From: Paramecium tetraurelia
Taxonomy: Eukaryota
NCBI GenBank assembly: GCA_000165425.1
Contig: CT868664.1
Location: forward strand, 310,001 to 355,138
Length of the DNA: 45,138 nucleotides
Direction: 5' to 3'
The notes under the pieces are model-generated. The model was not told the DNA's origin. It made no database searches and saw only the letters and a list, made by a program, of their open reading frames with translations. The position numbers and the translations under genes are program-made. Numbering within the stretch: position 1 is the stretch's first letter; every line of letters starts with the position of its first letter. This document shows positions 1-17,823 of this stretch, piece after piece.

Positions 1-3000
1 CCATATTAGAAGTTATCTATTCTATGATATAGATAGAATTAAATACCGGCTTTCAATAACTCTCCTGTTTTTTAATTGTTATTCAATTGATATTTGACCA
101 ACACATTTTCAAAACAACCAAACATATTGATGACATAAAACTCTCCATTTTCTGGTTGTATTTACTCCCTATAATCTATGAACAAAGATTCATTCATTGC
201 CTATTCTTACTATGTGAGCTCATTGTCGATATCAGGCAATTTCAATTATATCTTTTACTTCTTCAAGTTGATTTACCCTCTGCTAAATGTAGCAATAATC
301 ACATTATAATCCTAGGAAGTCTCTGGTAGTACAAATTAAGAATTGGTGATTTCAATTTAATAATTAAAATTATCCTTCTCCTTAAGGAAATCCTCCTCAT
401 GCTTTATTTGCAATTACAAATCAAAGTCTTTTTAATATTTTTCTTTCAATTCATCCAAATTCTTCTACAATATTGCTTCCACTCTTTACTTAAATGCTTG
501 AAGTTCATTGATGTATCTTGAAATCAAATAAAATCTCATGTTCCTGATTGAGATTATCTTGTTCTCTATGTTGAAAACCACAACCTACTTACTATCAATG
601 GGTTCAATCAAATTTTGATATACTGTTTTTTCTCCTGGTGAGTTCTATGGTTTCATCTCTATTTGTTGAATTGACAATTACAAATTGGTCTAATTCCTCT
701 TATTTAAATAAATTGAATGAAATTGGAACAAAAAGAAGTCCTTCTCCTACTCCTGCAATTTAACAATCAATGATTCAATTATAAGTTCCGATGCAAACTT
801 ATAAGCCTTCTTGTAATTATTGATTTGATTAACGAATATGTTCACTTGTTTTTCTTCCCTATCGAAAGCATTAAGTTCTTGCTGGAATATGTATTTCAAT
901 AAATGTTATTTCAATGAGATCGTTTCTTCTATATTTATTAGATAGAAACTATTGATTGCGATCAATAAGTCCTAAACCTTCTATTGAGAAAGCAATATTT
1001 TGGCTTATTCCACCTTTGCCTTCACCAAAGGATACGAATTTTGGAATGACAAATTAATATGTAAAGCATACTTAGCTCTTTATCCTCCAATATCCTTTCC
1101 TGGCATAACTAGCAAGTTCTCCTTTTATTTACCCATAATACTGATTTGGATGTCATCGACTGATAAACTCAGTTCTCCCTTGCTTTTGGTCACCAACACT
1201 ATTTTAATGTCCACCTAAGACACCTAATTGAAATTAAATTTGATGGTGTCACATCTCAAGATCTGATCCTCCTCGTAATTGTTGATAGATGACCTGGTTT
1301 TAGGAATCTAAATGTTGCTAATATTCTATGGGTAATAGCTTTGAATGGCTCTCTTTTGTATGGGATTGAATCTCTATCTTTCCATCAAGTAGATTTAGAC
1401 AAAGGCTCTCAATTGACTAAGCTTAAAGAACGTTTCATTGGATTTCAAGTAAATATTCTAGATGATTGCACATACAATCATGTCATCAATGACCTTCAAA
1501 GGATTCTCCTTTAATTTGACTTTGTTCTTTTCCTTTTTCAAGAGATCCTAATTGACTAAATTAAAGGCATTTTCCTAGATGTTCATTATTGTGGATATGT
1601 TTTTCAGTATGGTAATAACATTGTAGGTGGCAAATTGATTACTAAATGTGGCTTTGATATTCTCGATAGCAAAGAAGAGTTTCATTTTTGAGTGTCTCTC
1701 CTAGTAAATATCTTCAGCCACATTCAAGAGCAGATTGGCTCTCAAAGGCTTATGAAAGTAGAATAACAAATAGATGGGATCCTTAACACTTTACTAATCA
1801 ATTAAATTATTCTATGATTGCTAGTCCTTCTCTTCATACTCAGCAAAATCATGATTGAACATCTCTAGCTCTTTGTTTCTGCAATAGAAAATGAATTTAT
1901 CATCCAGTTTGTCACTTAAGATTTAGGATTCTTAAACGAAAAGTTAAGGCTCAAAGACAATATGAGTTTTCTCGATATTGGTTTCATCAATCTCATCTGG
2001 TAGGCGATATGGCATAGGTCTTAAAGATGCACCTTCATAATGTGATTTCGATTTTTCAACTGAAAATGGAGGAGGTGGTGGAATTTCCAATTTATTTGAT
2101 TGAGACATCTCTACATCATTCTTGGATTTCTGACAATGGATTGCTATGGTATCCTTAAAATACCCTTTATCATGTGTGATTATAAACAGGGGCATCTCAA
2201 ATACAGTGACATAACAAACACTTTTACTAGTTTTTGGAGTGCTTTTGAATGAAATTGAAATTCCTGAGTTAGTATGAGTCTCAACGAAAGTTACTTGACT
2301 ATGTTTCTTTGAAATTTATTGTTCTTCTATTTTCTTCATTTGTGTTCTTAAATAGATCATCTAATTTTCGAATTCAAACAACGAAAATAAATTAATATCA
2401 TTCTGAATCCTTGGAATTGAACCAAAAATGATGTTACTCAAAGAGAGACTCTTACGAAATCTCAAAATGCAATGTTTACAATCCTTTTTTTGCTTTTTAT
2501 GATCATTCTACAATACAAGCAATTCAGCCCTCATCAAACTATCTTTACTCATTTGATATCTGAACTCTTGAGGTCGCTTTTTCTCCTTCTATTTCAACTT
2601 CTTGTTGATAATCATTAGTAATTCAATAAAACAAATTTGAGAATCATTAATCTGCAGATCAATATATGGGATTTGGATGTATAATTTCTTATCCGTAATC
2701 AGGGGGTGATTCTCTACCAGTGAGTCAAACGAAAAAAGCAAGAATCTCGATTCCAATATGATAGACTTGATTCCTGATATTTTATTAACTGGCTTGCTTT
2801 ATAAACTGTATTGCAAATTCGGTTGTTTGTCTTCCTATTGATTTTTAGATGTAACTGCATGTCTCAGGGGAAACTAAATAGGCCTTTAAAGCTATTCACT
2901 ATTGTTTCTTTGGAAGGACAATGGGGGAGAGCCTTACTACTCCTTGCCACTTCTCTAAGATTGCATTTGCTTTTCGTAGTTTTTCATCTCTTCATTATAA

Positions 3001-6000
3001 TATCTGTAATCGATGGAAAAGTATTTATGAGAAATTTGAAACTGTTCTAATATAATTTTGTTTATGCTATAGTACTTTTACTCCTCAAAGAAATTGTCCA
3101 TTTTATTTTTGTCAACAGATGTGAAGAAACTCTTGAAATCCTTATTCTGACGTATCTTCTCTAAATTTATAGTTTTTATAAACAGATTCTTAAATTGGAA
3201 TTTCAGCTCTGTTTTTATTTTACTTGCGATAGAATCAGTAACTATTCGTATCTTGAATTTGTCAAGCATCTCAAGAGAGAACTTCCATTACTATTGCTTT
3301 ATTGTCTCCTTGGCCAAAGGCTTGCTCTTAACTATGCATTATAATAATTTATTGTCTTCTTTGCATTGCTTGTAAGATGGCGATTCAAAAATTTGCTATT
3401 TCTAATGATCCATAAAATATATCAAAGACGTGACAGCCTTGGTGGATAATAGAAAAGAAAACGCAGTTATTTTAATCTTAATCTTACTCTTTGGGTTTGC
3501 TTTATTTTGATAATTAGTTTCTTTGGTATTGCATTTGTTAACCTCGTTGTTTCTGAGAATTCTGTATTCCGAATGCTCCCCTGTGAAATTTATAGAAACC
3601 TATAATGCATAGATCTGTTGATCCTGCTCTTTCTTTGTTTGCATTTGAGGAAATGTCAATTTGTCCCTCAGATTGCTGATGCATGTAGGTAAGATCATCT
3701 CCCCGAATTCTTCAATGAAGGGTATGAATAGGACTCTTCTTATGACGTCAACTATTTTGTTGTGTGCTTCTTGGAGGAACACATGTTTATTATTATTATC
3801 ACAGATAATCCATTGATTTGGCTTTTCTCTTTCGTTTGCATTAATAGTGACATTTCTAAGAAAATCCCAATGATTCTTTTCGTTTTTCTCACTTTTCTCA
3901 TTAGGCAACTGCTGTTTTGCTATGTGAATGAAGAGAGGATCTTCAATTTCCGGTCTGTCATCGAAATATTTATCGTAGGATTTAAATTACTCAGTGGTGA
4001 AATCCTAAAAGCCGTTCTTATCTTTCTCATAATCATCTAAAAAGCTCTTTATATTCTACATCCTATTCTATTTGAGGAACTCTCCCAACATCTGATAACA
4101 GATTTCGCTATTTAAAAATTGTTATGAATCCTTTGTAACTGATATTTCGAAGATCTCGTTGAAGAATTCACAATACTTGATCGAGGATTTCGAATTTTAA
4201 TTTGATTATTTCTTCTCCTACAGGAATTCCTCAGGCGATTTTCCAAATAATGGAGATTGCAGTAAATTCCGAGGTTCCTTCTCATCCATTATTTTCAGTA
4301 AAATTCCAGGAGCAATCAATTTGATATCTCCTATGTAGATCTTCTCTTCCAATTCCCTCTATTTGGGTTGCGGAGTTTGAATTCCTCCATTCTAATAAAT
4401 GTGAAGTGGCACTCTGATTCCAATGAAACTGATCAATAGAACAAACTTCTAATGCAGAGGCTAATCGGCATTTTATTTTTGTTCCTAATTGTTGACTTTT
4501 TCTAAGCTATTTGACTATTGAGATATCTCTGATTCTACACCATTGAGATCTTCCATGTCTTCATAAAAACTGTCGATGTAGTTGACTGAATGAAATGATT
4601 TATCCTCACCTTACTTCATCTCATTATAGACCTAAGTTAGAGTGTTTACATTAGATGATTGTCTAACCTTCTTTCTTGAAGATGCTTGTTTTTTTAATAA
4701 TTTAAGATGGTACCTGCATTAACAGAACTTAAAGATCTTTGTGTTTTCAGGTGTGTATTTAACACAATTCAGTTCCCTTTATTCAAAAATCAAAAAGAAG
4801 ATAGAATGGATTTTCAATTTGAAATCAATTTTTAATTAATTGGGATGATTGTTCTCTCCTTTCAAATAGCTAGTCAACACATTAGTTTTATCTCTTTCTA
4901 AGATTTCATAGAGATTGATTTTTTCATCATCTTCAAGTTCAATTGGGATGTCATCATTTCTTTTGGTGTGATCCTTAAAGGAATTCTGATTGTTAATAGT
5001 GTTGGTCCAAATCTCAAGGAGTGGTTTGACACTCTGATCGTTTTGGCCATCCTTTGCTGAATTGCAATATCTCTTGGCTTCCATTCTGATTTCCTAAAAT
5101 GCCCATTCTCTGTATTTCAATAAATCCTTGAGTGGCAAATTGTCCTCGCAGATTTTGAACTTAGATTCATCCTTTGCAGTCCATTGGGACAACCATGGCA
5201 CCAACACTATGTTTTATTTTCTCTTGTATAATTAGATGTATCTTTTCATTGAGACCAATTTCTTAGATGAAAAACTAAGATCCAATTTCTAACTCTTTTG
5301 CTTTAGAATGATGGAATTAATGAAATACTTCCACCAATCTGAATAATTATTTTTTATTTCTTTTGTGGGTCTTAGATGAAAATTATCTTAAATTATTTCT
5401 TAACATGATAGTACCTCATTCAGTTTAATTAAATAGTTCTTTTATTCCTTGTTCAATTGGATGATGACAGGAGACTTGATTAATGCTTCTAACACCATGA
5501 TAGGCTATGTAAGTTGTTCATAATTTTTATTGAGAGTGTACTTGATTTCGATGTCGATTGGCATCAGAATCATTTGTACATCCTTCTTAGAAAGGATGTA
5601 GGATGCCTCTTTCTTCAATGACATGCTCAATTTATTGATTTGCAACAATTTGAATGTGCTGTTGAGATCATTGTTGAAGTTTTATTTGAATTCACTATCA
5701 GTTGCTTTGATTGATGCATCGAACTTAATTCTCAAGATGGTCTCATATCCAAGAATTGAGAAATTGCAAAATCTAACATTAAACTATTTTATGATGATGG
5801 ACATATTGTTGAATATCCCATCTACTATCTTCTGGATCCAATTGGGTGGGGATAATTTTTCAAAATATTTGGCCATCTATTCTTCCCATAATTTTAATTT
5901 ATGCTTTTTCAAATTCTCTACTCCTTATTACTGATAATCTTTGTTTTGAGTGAATTTATTAATCTCCTAAATGGTACAAACGAGTAGTTCTACTCCCTCA

Positions 6001-6313
6001 ATGATTAATTCCGGTTGATGTTTTTTATAGTTAAGAGGCATCTGTAAAGGGTTAAACTTCATACACTTACATTCAAAGTGATGGAATTGATTTTGCCATC
6101 AATAATATAGAGCGGGAATTTGAAATTAAGCAAAGCTTGTTTTTTGATGGACAAATTCTTTAATACGATATTGGATGAAATTCCCAAAGAAAACTAAATT
6201 CATAGAGACAATCAATTTACTTTTGCCATGTTGTTTTGGGAGAAATCCTGTAAGTATTCCAAGAGATAAGAGGACAGTCTTTTAATAAAGTATTCTTCAA
6301 TTTCTTTGGCCAT
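1..6313 (-). CDS. VPS13: VPS13-like (chorein-N) bridge-type lipid transfer protein; partial, 3' end lies beyond the window start
   Basis: ATG at 6313. After removing introns 6194-6220 and 6042-6070 it reads MAKEIEEYFIKRLSSYLLEYLQDFSQNNMAKFSLGISSNIVLKNLSIKKQALLNFKFPLYIIDGKINSITLNMPLNYKKHQPELIIEGVELLV, a chorein-N pattern. ORF-track fragments 4836-5084, 3600-3908, 3078-3269 and 1944-2195 are all in the same frame. Only spot-checked for internal TGA. Confidence 0.75.
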
Positions 6314-6471
6314 TTATAATATAATTATTATGATCAAAATGATATTAATTTTTATCTGATCCTGTATATAGCAAGTATCGAATCAAAGTAATTACATTTA
6401 ATATGCTCTCCAAGATTTCAAAATTAAATGTATTTTGATAATTAGTATAATATATATAATATAATAGATAT

Positions 6472-7820
6472 TCATTGCGTAGAAACCAACTTCTTCTTCT
6501 TTGGTTCATACATCTGCAATTGTTCCTTTTGCCAGATGAATTGTCTCTGATCTGCTGGAGTCATACGAAGTAAAATATGAGTCTAAATCACAATTGAAAT
6601 CTTACCCTTCGAGTTTGATGCAGCATAGTTTTACCCTCTGGATTTTCACTCACCGATTCGTCGTAGTTGAGATTCATCTTGTTCCAAGGGTCAGCCTTGT
6701 TCAGAATCAAGAAGTATGCGATGTTATTCTACTTATGGATCAAAGCAAGATACAAGGGAGTCCTTCCCACGATGTCCTGAGAATCTGGATCTGCTCCATA
6801 TTTTAATAAGATCTTGGCAGTAGATTCCAAACCTCTCATTGCACACCAATGTAGAGTGGTCATGAGCAAATGATCGTATTCATAAACCAAGTATTTGTTG
6901 TCTTCAAGGCATTTGATGATTTCCTTGTCCTGACCCTATTTACACAACTGAAAGAAGTGTTTCGACTAGGGGTGTTCAAAGGGTTTATTGGGAAACACTT
7001 TGTGCGACAAAAATTCAGCCGTTGTCAATTTCAGCTTCTCCAAATGTCTCAAATATTGAATCAAAGAGGCTCTGATTGTCTTGTATTTGTGTTTTAGAGG
7101 AATGTTTTCAGATGGGAATTTCTGAAAATTGAGTAACCCTCTTATTTACTTACTTCCGTAGAGTTTGTTCTTGTTATAGAGATGTTATTTACATTAAAAT
7201 CGTCGATTTCAGAGCAATCCCTGTATCTGGAGAGTTGATTGGGACTTGTAAATTGAGTGACCGATGGCTGTTGAGGTTGGGTTTGTTTGGAGAGGATTTC
7301 GGACTTGAAATCACTTTTAGTGATGTCACTTACTAGTTGATATTTGGGATCGATGGATAAGGAATGGAACTTGGTGGTGGTTTAATTTGGACGATAAGTT
7401 TAAGATTTAACGATTTGGGATTATTTGGAGAGAATTGTTGGGATTTTTTTATTCAATTTAACTACAAATCTTTATGGTTTATGATTTAATTGTAATTTTT
7501 TTGTTTGCATAATTTAAGAGGCAGTAGGAGTGTGTGTTTTGGTTGTGCTTTTGCAATAATAATGATTGGAGGAGGGAAGAGTGGGTATTTGTCTGACGTG
7601 AGTGTGAATGAATGGAATGTCACACAACAATTGACTTAGCAAGATGGGATGGTTCTGCACATCTTGATGATTTGGGACAAGCGACTTGAATTTGGTTTTC
7701 CTTGGAGTTGTCGGCACTGATCCCTGGATCTTGTCAAGGTTCAATAGGCGTATATAGTTGGTTTTGGAGAATCTAAATAAGGGAATATGAATACTGGTTT
7801 TCAGTCTTGTTTCTTTTCAT
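6472..7820 (-). CDS. Ankyrin-repeat protein, ~426 aa, 3 introns
   Basis: With introns of 22, 23 and 23 nt removed the frame is continuous to TGA. The C-terminal part has TTLHWCAMRGLESTAKILLKYGADPDSQDIVGRTPLYLAL (ankyrin consensus). Confidence 0.85.
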
Positions 7821-7842
7821 AAAATATTAATATATAATAATA
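7821..7842. promoter_or_regulatory. 22-bp pure A/T spacer between divergent start codons (ankyrin gene / PP1)
   Basis: cat|aaaatattaatatataataata|atg. A bidirectional promoter role is inferred from geometry only. Confidence 0.5.
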
Positions 7843-8886
7843 ATGGATAAGGACATTGATGTCGACAAGGTTATTTATATCTCCATCATAGATCATAGAG
7901 AAGTTGTTGGAAAGCAAAGGAGCTCGCAATGGAAAACCAGTAAATCTAACCGAAAGTGAAATCAGATCATTATGTGTGAAAAGCAGGGAGATTTTCTTAA
8001 CTCAACCCATGTTGCTGGAATTGGAAGCACCCATCAAAATATGTGGTAAATCGCTCTCATTATATCAAGGTGATATTCATGGACAATACACAGATTTGTT
8101 GAGATTATTTGAATATGGGGGATATCCACCTGAAGCTAATTATTTATTTCTGGGAGATTACGTCGATAGGGGCAGACAATCCCTAGAAACCATCTGCCTA
8201 CTACTTGCCTATAAGATTAAATATCCTGAGAATTTCTTCCTGCTCAGGGGAAATCATGAGTGCTCCTAAATCAATCGTATATACGGATTCTATGATGAAT
8301 GCAAAAGAAGATATAACATCAAGTTGTGGAAAACCTTCACAGATTGTTTCAATTGCTTGCCTGTCTGCGCAGTCATCGACGAAAAGATTATCTGCATGCA
8401 TGGGGGATTATCACCTGAACTGACAAACTTGGAACAAATTCACAGGATTATGAGACCCATTGAAGTTCCAGACACTGGGTTATTGTGTGATTTGTTATGG
8501 TCGGATCCTGAAAAAGATATCTAAGGATGGCAAGGTAGCCTAAATCATCTCCTATTTTAGATAACGAAAGAGGTGTCTCCTTCATCTTTGGAACTGATGT
8601 CATATCTAATTTCCTTAAAGAAAAACGACTTGGATCTAGTCTGCAGAGCTCACCAAGTCGTTGAGGAAGGCTATGAGTTCTTTGCTAAGAGACAATTAGT
8701 TACCCTCTTCTCTGCACCTAATTACTGTGGAGAATTTGATAATTCAGGTATTTAATAATTCAACCATTTTTAGGAGCACTCATGAGTGTTGATGAAACTT
8801 TGATGTGCTCGTTTCAAATACTAAAATCACAGGACAAAAAAAATGTTCCATAGGCTAGACCAAGAACACCAAAATACGTTAATTGA
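7843..8886 (+). CDS. PP1: Ser/Thr protein phosphatase 1 catalytic subunit; 4 introns and one apparent +1 frame break at ~8613
   Basis: Motifs [58 protein letters not shown] and C-terminal RPRTP. Introns 7870-7891, 8046-8069, 8535-8560, 8748-8773. Confidence 0.95.
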
Positions 8887-9195
8887 TATATATTTGAATC
8901 ATTATATATAACACAATATTTGCACTGTTATTTTCGCAAATAGGGTGTTAAGATTGAATATACCTAAGCAATTATGTAATAATGTACATCTATCTATGTA
9001 TCTAATTATTATTACCATCAAAATTATTTAATTTCAAAGACATTTATTTAATTACTTGATCGGATTGGATAGTTGTTCAATTTTACTTAATAGAGCTTCT
9101 TAATTTATATATACATTATAACATCATAAGTATGATCCATTTTTTAATTTCTCATAATAATTTTCATTAATATTAATAAATAAGTGTTATTTATT

Positions 9196-9461
9196 ATGGA
9201 CACACCTCCATAAAATAATTATAAACATAATGTTGATGATAATTTCAGACATGATCTATGCTAACGAATCCAAACAAAAACTGGAAGTAAATACTTGATA
9301 TATTATTAGAAATGCCTCAAAATCAAAATTAATAGGCTAAGTAATTTTCAGAGAAGGATCAACTCTAGAAGATATAGAATGAATTGAGAGCACAATTAAA
9401 GTTCATTGACGAAACTAATTGGATGTTTGAGGGATTGAACAATGCAAATGATAATTTTTGA
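9196..9461 (+). CDS. Small (~80 aa) hypothetical protein ending ...ELRAQLKFIDETNWMFEGLNNANDNF
   Basis: ATG 9196, one 23-nt GT-AG intron (gtaaatacttgatatattattag), continuous code-6 frame to TGA 9459-9461. Confidence 0.7.
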
Positions 9462-9499
9462 ATTTTATTACATTGTTAATCCTACTTATAAATTTATAC

Positions 9500-12400
9500 A
9501 TGTAGTTTTAAATTACAAATAATCTGTAACATAATCTTTCTTTGTGAAGGAGTGATTTAAATTTGAGATCGCTGTAGTGTTCTGGAATTTGAATAATTAA
9601 GAGAAAATAATGAAAAGTCAGTTAATTTATGAAATAGATGATAGGAATAAGACTAGACGAATAAATTTTAAATAAATAATGTCGAATTGAATGCCAAAGG
9701 AGGTGAGTTGATGAGAGAGAGGGGGAGAACTTTGGGAATCGGATGTGAATTGATATATTAGTTCAATATTATAGCAATTTAATAGTAGTTACTTGAATAA
9801 TTTATATTTTTAATGGACTCATTATAAATACAGAAGCAGCTTATGGTTGAGTAGTTGAATAAGTTGGAATACATGGATAAAATACTGCCTCTGCACAAGG
9901 ATGAAGTTTAAGCGGAGAAGAAACTGCAAGTGCAGATCAATAGTCTGAATTTCAAAAGAATAATTGAAGGGCAGGAGAATAACAAATTGATGGCAGAAAT
10001 AGAGGAGTCGAAGCTAGACGTATAGAAGAGTAGACACAAAGCCTTCTAGAAATACTTCACCTCATTTATGACAGAGTAAAAACAGTAAAATGTCAATATT
10101 CTTGAATTCAATTAAAGTGATTTCGAAGTTTTTCAATAAATGAAGGAGAGGTAAAGATAGTTGGCATAGGAAGATCTAACAATAGCTAGACAGAAGGAGA
10201 AGAGCAATTAGATATTTGAATAGAATCTGATGAAGAAATGGGATAGAGTGAGGAAAAGTAGTATATTGAGTTATTCTAAGAATTGCGAATGATTGGTAGG
10301 ATGAAACGATTATATGACGAAGTAAAATTGTATGGTACAAGTTGTAGAGTGGAGACCTCCATAAAAAGACATGAGGTGATTCAGGAACTGGAACAGATGC
10401 TCAACAAACAGAAATCAGCAAATAAGTAAGCCCGATGCTATAGAAACACAGTAACAATTATAGTCTATGAATAGAGCCATCTCTTTCCTGCCGGATTCGA
10501 AATTCAAGAAATATTGGCAATATGTTCTGATGATATTGTTGATTTACACTGCCTTTATTACTCCCATTCGGTTAGCATTCATAGAAGAATTCAACTTAGT
10601 ATGGTTTACTTTGGAATTAATAGTAGACATCTTATTTTTTTTGGACATCTTGATCACTTTCAATACAGCTTATTTCAATGAGGAGGGAGTCCTTATAGTT
10701 GATCGTTACCTAGATAGCAAACCAATATCTAAGAACTTGGTTAATATTCGATTTAATGGCTGTATTTCCTACTGATCAAATCTTTAAGAATGAGGCTCAA
10801 AAATTATCCTCAATATTTCAAGTATGCATATTAATTTAAGACAATATAATAGATTGACCAGATTGCCTCGGATGTATAAATTGATAAGTATTAGTAGAAT
10901 GTGGTCAACAGTCTAGAATTCACAAGATCATAATGATTGTTTTTCAGCAATTCAGGATTTGATAAATTTGAATTCCACCACTGTGAGAGTGCTCAAGTTT
11001 TTTGGAACTGTTCTTGTATGTGTACATATCATGGGTTGTCTCTGGTATCTAGTTGCTAAACTGAATGACTTTGGTCCAAACACTTGGGTATATGAATTGG
11101 ATTTACTGAACAAAAGTGAATATGAATTGTACTTAACCTCCATCTATTGGGCTGTAGCTACTATTTGCACAGTGGGATTTGGAGACATCCATGCTTTCAA
11201 TGACAGTAAAGTATAAATGATACATAGCTGAGAGAATTGTGTGTATATTTTGGATGTTCTTTGGAGTTGGATTCTATTCATTCACAGTTGGTTCACTCTC
11301 CACTTTGATGGGTACTTTGGATACCAGAGAATCTCATCTGCAGAGCAAGATCACTTTCATGGATGAGTTCTGTGAAGAAACCAAATTGTCCCTATAGATG
11401 AAACACAAAATCAGGAAGGTCTTGGAATACAATTCGATGATTAACATATTCTCATCTGCAGAAGTGGATGAGTTTCTATCCGAAATACCCACCAATCTCA
11501 AATATTAAATTGCCCAAGCCATGTATGCTGGTCTCAAAAATAGAGTCTCCTTCTTTAAGAACAAGGATTCAGTCTTCATCTCCACTCTCATTCCTAAGTT
11601 ATAACCTTTGAAAATAAATGCTGGAGAATTTGTGTACAACAAGGGAGAATATCCTAATTAAGTATATTTCATTGTCAACGGCAGAGTCAATATGGTTATT
11701 GGAGTCTATTCAATCACCTTTAAAACATATGTAACAGGTAGTTATTTTGGGGAAATTGAAATATTTGATAACAGTGCACGCTTTCATTCAGCCAGAGCTG
11801 AGTTGGAATGTGAATTGTTGGCCATTGAATAGGATGTATTTAAAAAAATATTGCAAGCATTTCCAGAATATTTTGAAGAAATTAAAACAATCTCCTTAGA
11901 AAAATTAAAGAGAGAAAAAGAGGCCATTGAAAAACTGTAGGATTTAACTGGACTCTCATAAACCTCTGAATTCTTTAACAAGAAAAGAACTCAATCCATC
12001 TATAAATCAATTAAATAGAGAGAATCCGTGCAATTCATAGATTACAGTGAAGAATCAGAATAAGATATGAAATCAATGAGATCCAGCAAATTTGGCTTCT
12101 TCAAAAAGAAAACCAATCATTTGATGCCCGAAGAATCTCTCACTACTCGATTACATACTCAAGAAGATACTTCTTAAAAGAACCTTGTAGCTTCAGATAG
12201 TAGCCACAAAAAAAATGAAGAACTTGAAAAAGTAATCACTTTGCCCATTCCAGATTAAGTCAAAAGATAGAGTGAACATAAAATTAAATTATATGGAGAA
12301 GTACCAAATCCTATTTCACAATTTAACGAAGATACTGATTAATCTCAATAACAAAAAAGTATTCAAAGAATCTAAAGTGAAGAACCAACTCGGCCTTCTA

Positions 12401-13071
12401 AACCTAAATAAGTTAGATATATTAGCCAGAATCTCAGATGCAGTCCAAAGAGAAATGACAATCGAAAACCATCCATCTAGATTAATTCCACTAATGAAAA
12501 TTCAAACTCCGATACTCCATTTATCTCTTCAGTCAGGTCTAACTTCATCAAACCTTCCATTAAAATTGATGAAGTGTCTCATGAATCAGAAGGGTCAAAT
12601 AAAAACTCTCCTAAAATGCCCATACTTTCTCAAAATGCCTTATCTCCTTAGAATTCCCCCAGAAGAAATTCTATACCCTCGAGAGTTCCAAAACCATCTC
12701 CTTTTCAAACTCAACAATCTATTTTCAAAGCTGCTAGCAACCAATATATTGAGGCAAGTAAACTTAAGAATTTGCCCAGATTGGGTGGATTCAGAAGGAC
12801 ATATAGAAAAGAAAGGGAAATCGAAGTCTTAGAAGAAACAATTGAAAATGAAGATTATACTTAATTGCAATCAAAATTAGTGGAGTTGTTGGAGAAGATT
12901 AAGAAATAGAAGGAAGAATAAAAAACAAAAAAGTAAAAGATCTAATTCAATATCATAAATCCATTGCCTAAAAGGATTGTTTTGCAATAAAAAGATTCCA
13001 TTAGTATTTCAGATTTACCAGATGTTGAAAAATAATAATTAGATAGTAATAGTAGTGGTATATTAGAATGA
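9500..13071 (+). CDS. Voltage-gated/cyclic-nucleotide-binding K+ channel (EAG/KCNH-like); three apparent +1 frame breaks at 10431-10803
   Basis: S1-S6 segments, pore SIYWAVATICTVGFGDI, C-linker and cNMP domain GSYFGEIEIFDNSARFHSARA. The 5' exons are joined by introns 9526-9549, 9574-9601, 9621-9644 and 10258-10280. An alternative start at ATG 9813 is in frame. Confidence 0.88.
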
Positions 13072-13086
13072 TATCACACATAAATT

Positions 13087-15121
<2,035 letters not shown>

Positions 15122-15140
15122 TCAAAAATTAAATTAACTG
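15122..15140. promoter_or_regulatory. 19-bp spacer between divergent start codons (SNF1-like kinase / PKG)
   Basis: cat|tcaaaaattaaattaactg|atg. Both starts are supported by protein N-termini. Confidence 0.5.
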
Positions 15141-17730
<2,590 letters not shown>

Positions 17731-17823
17731 AAGTATTTTTTGCACACAACTTTTTTATGAAGAATCTATACAATTAACTCATTAATATCAATAGATACAA
17801 TATGAAAAATTAATTATTAATTA

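Noticed and set aside
87..5934. Plus-strand ORFs in the track (87-329, 1000-1218, 2811-3050, 3762-4040, 5623-5934)
   Set aside because: They are antisense shadows of the long minus-strand VPS13-like frame, with non-ATG starts and no recognisable motifs.
12272..12832. 186-aa ORF-track protein
   Set aside because: It is an off-frame reading within the K+ channel C-terminal tail, whose own frame continues to TGA 13071.
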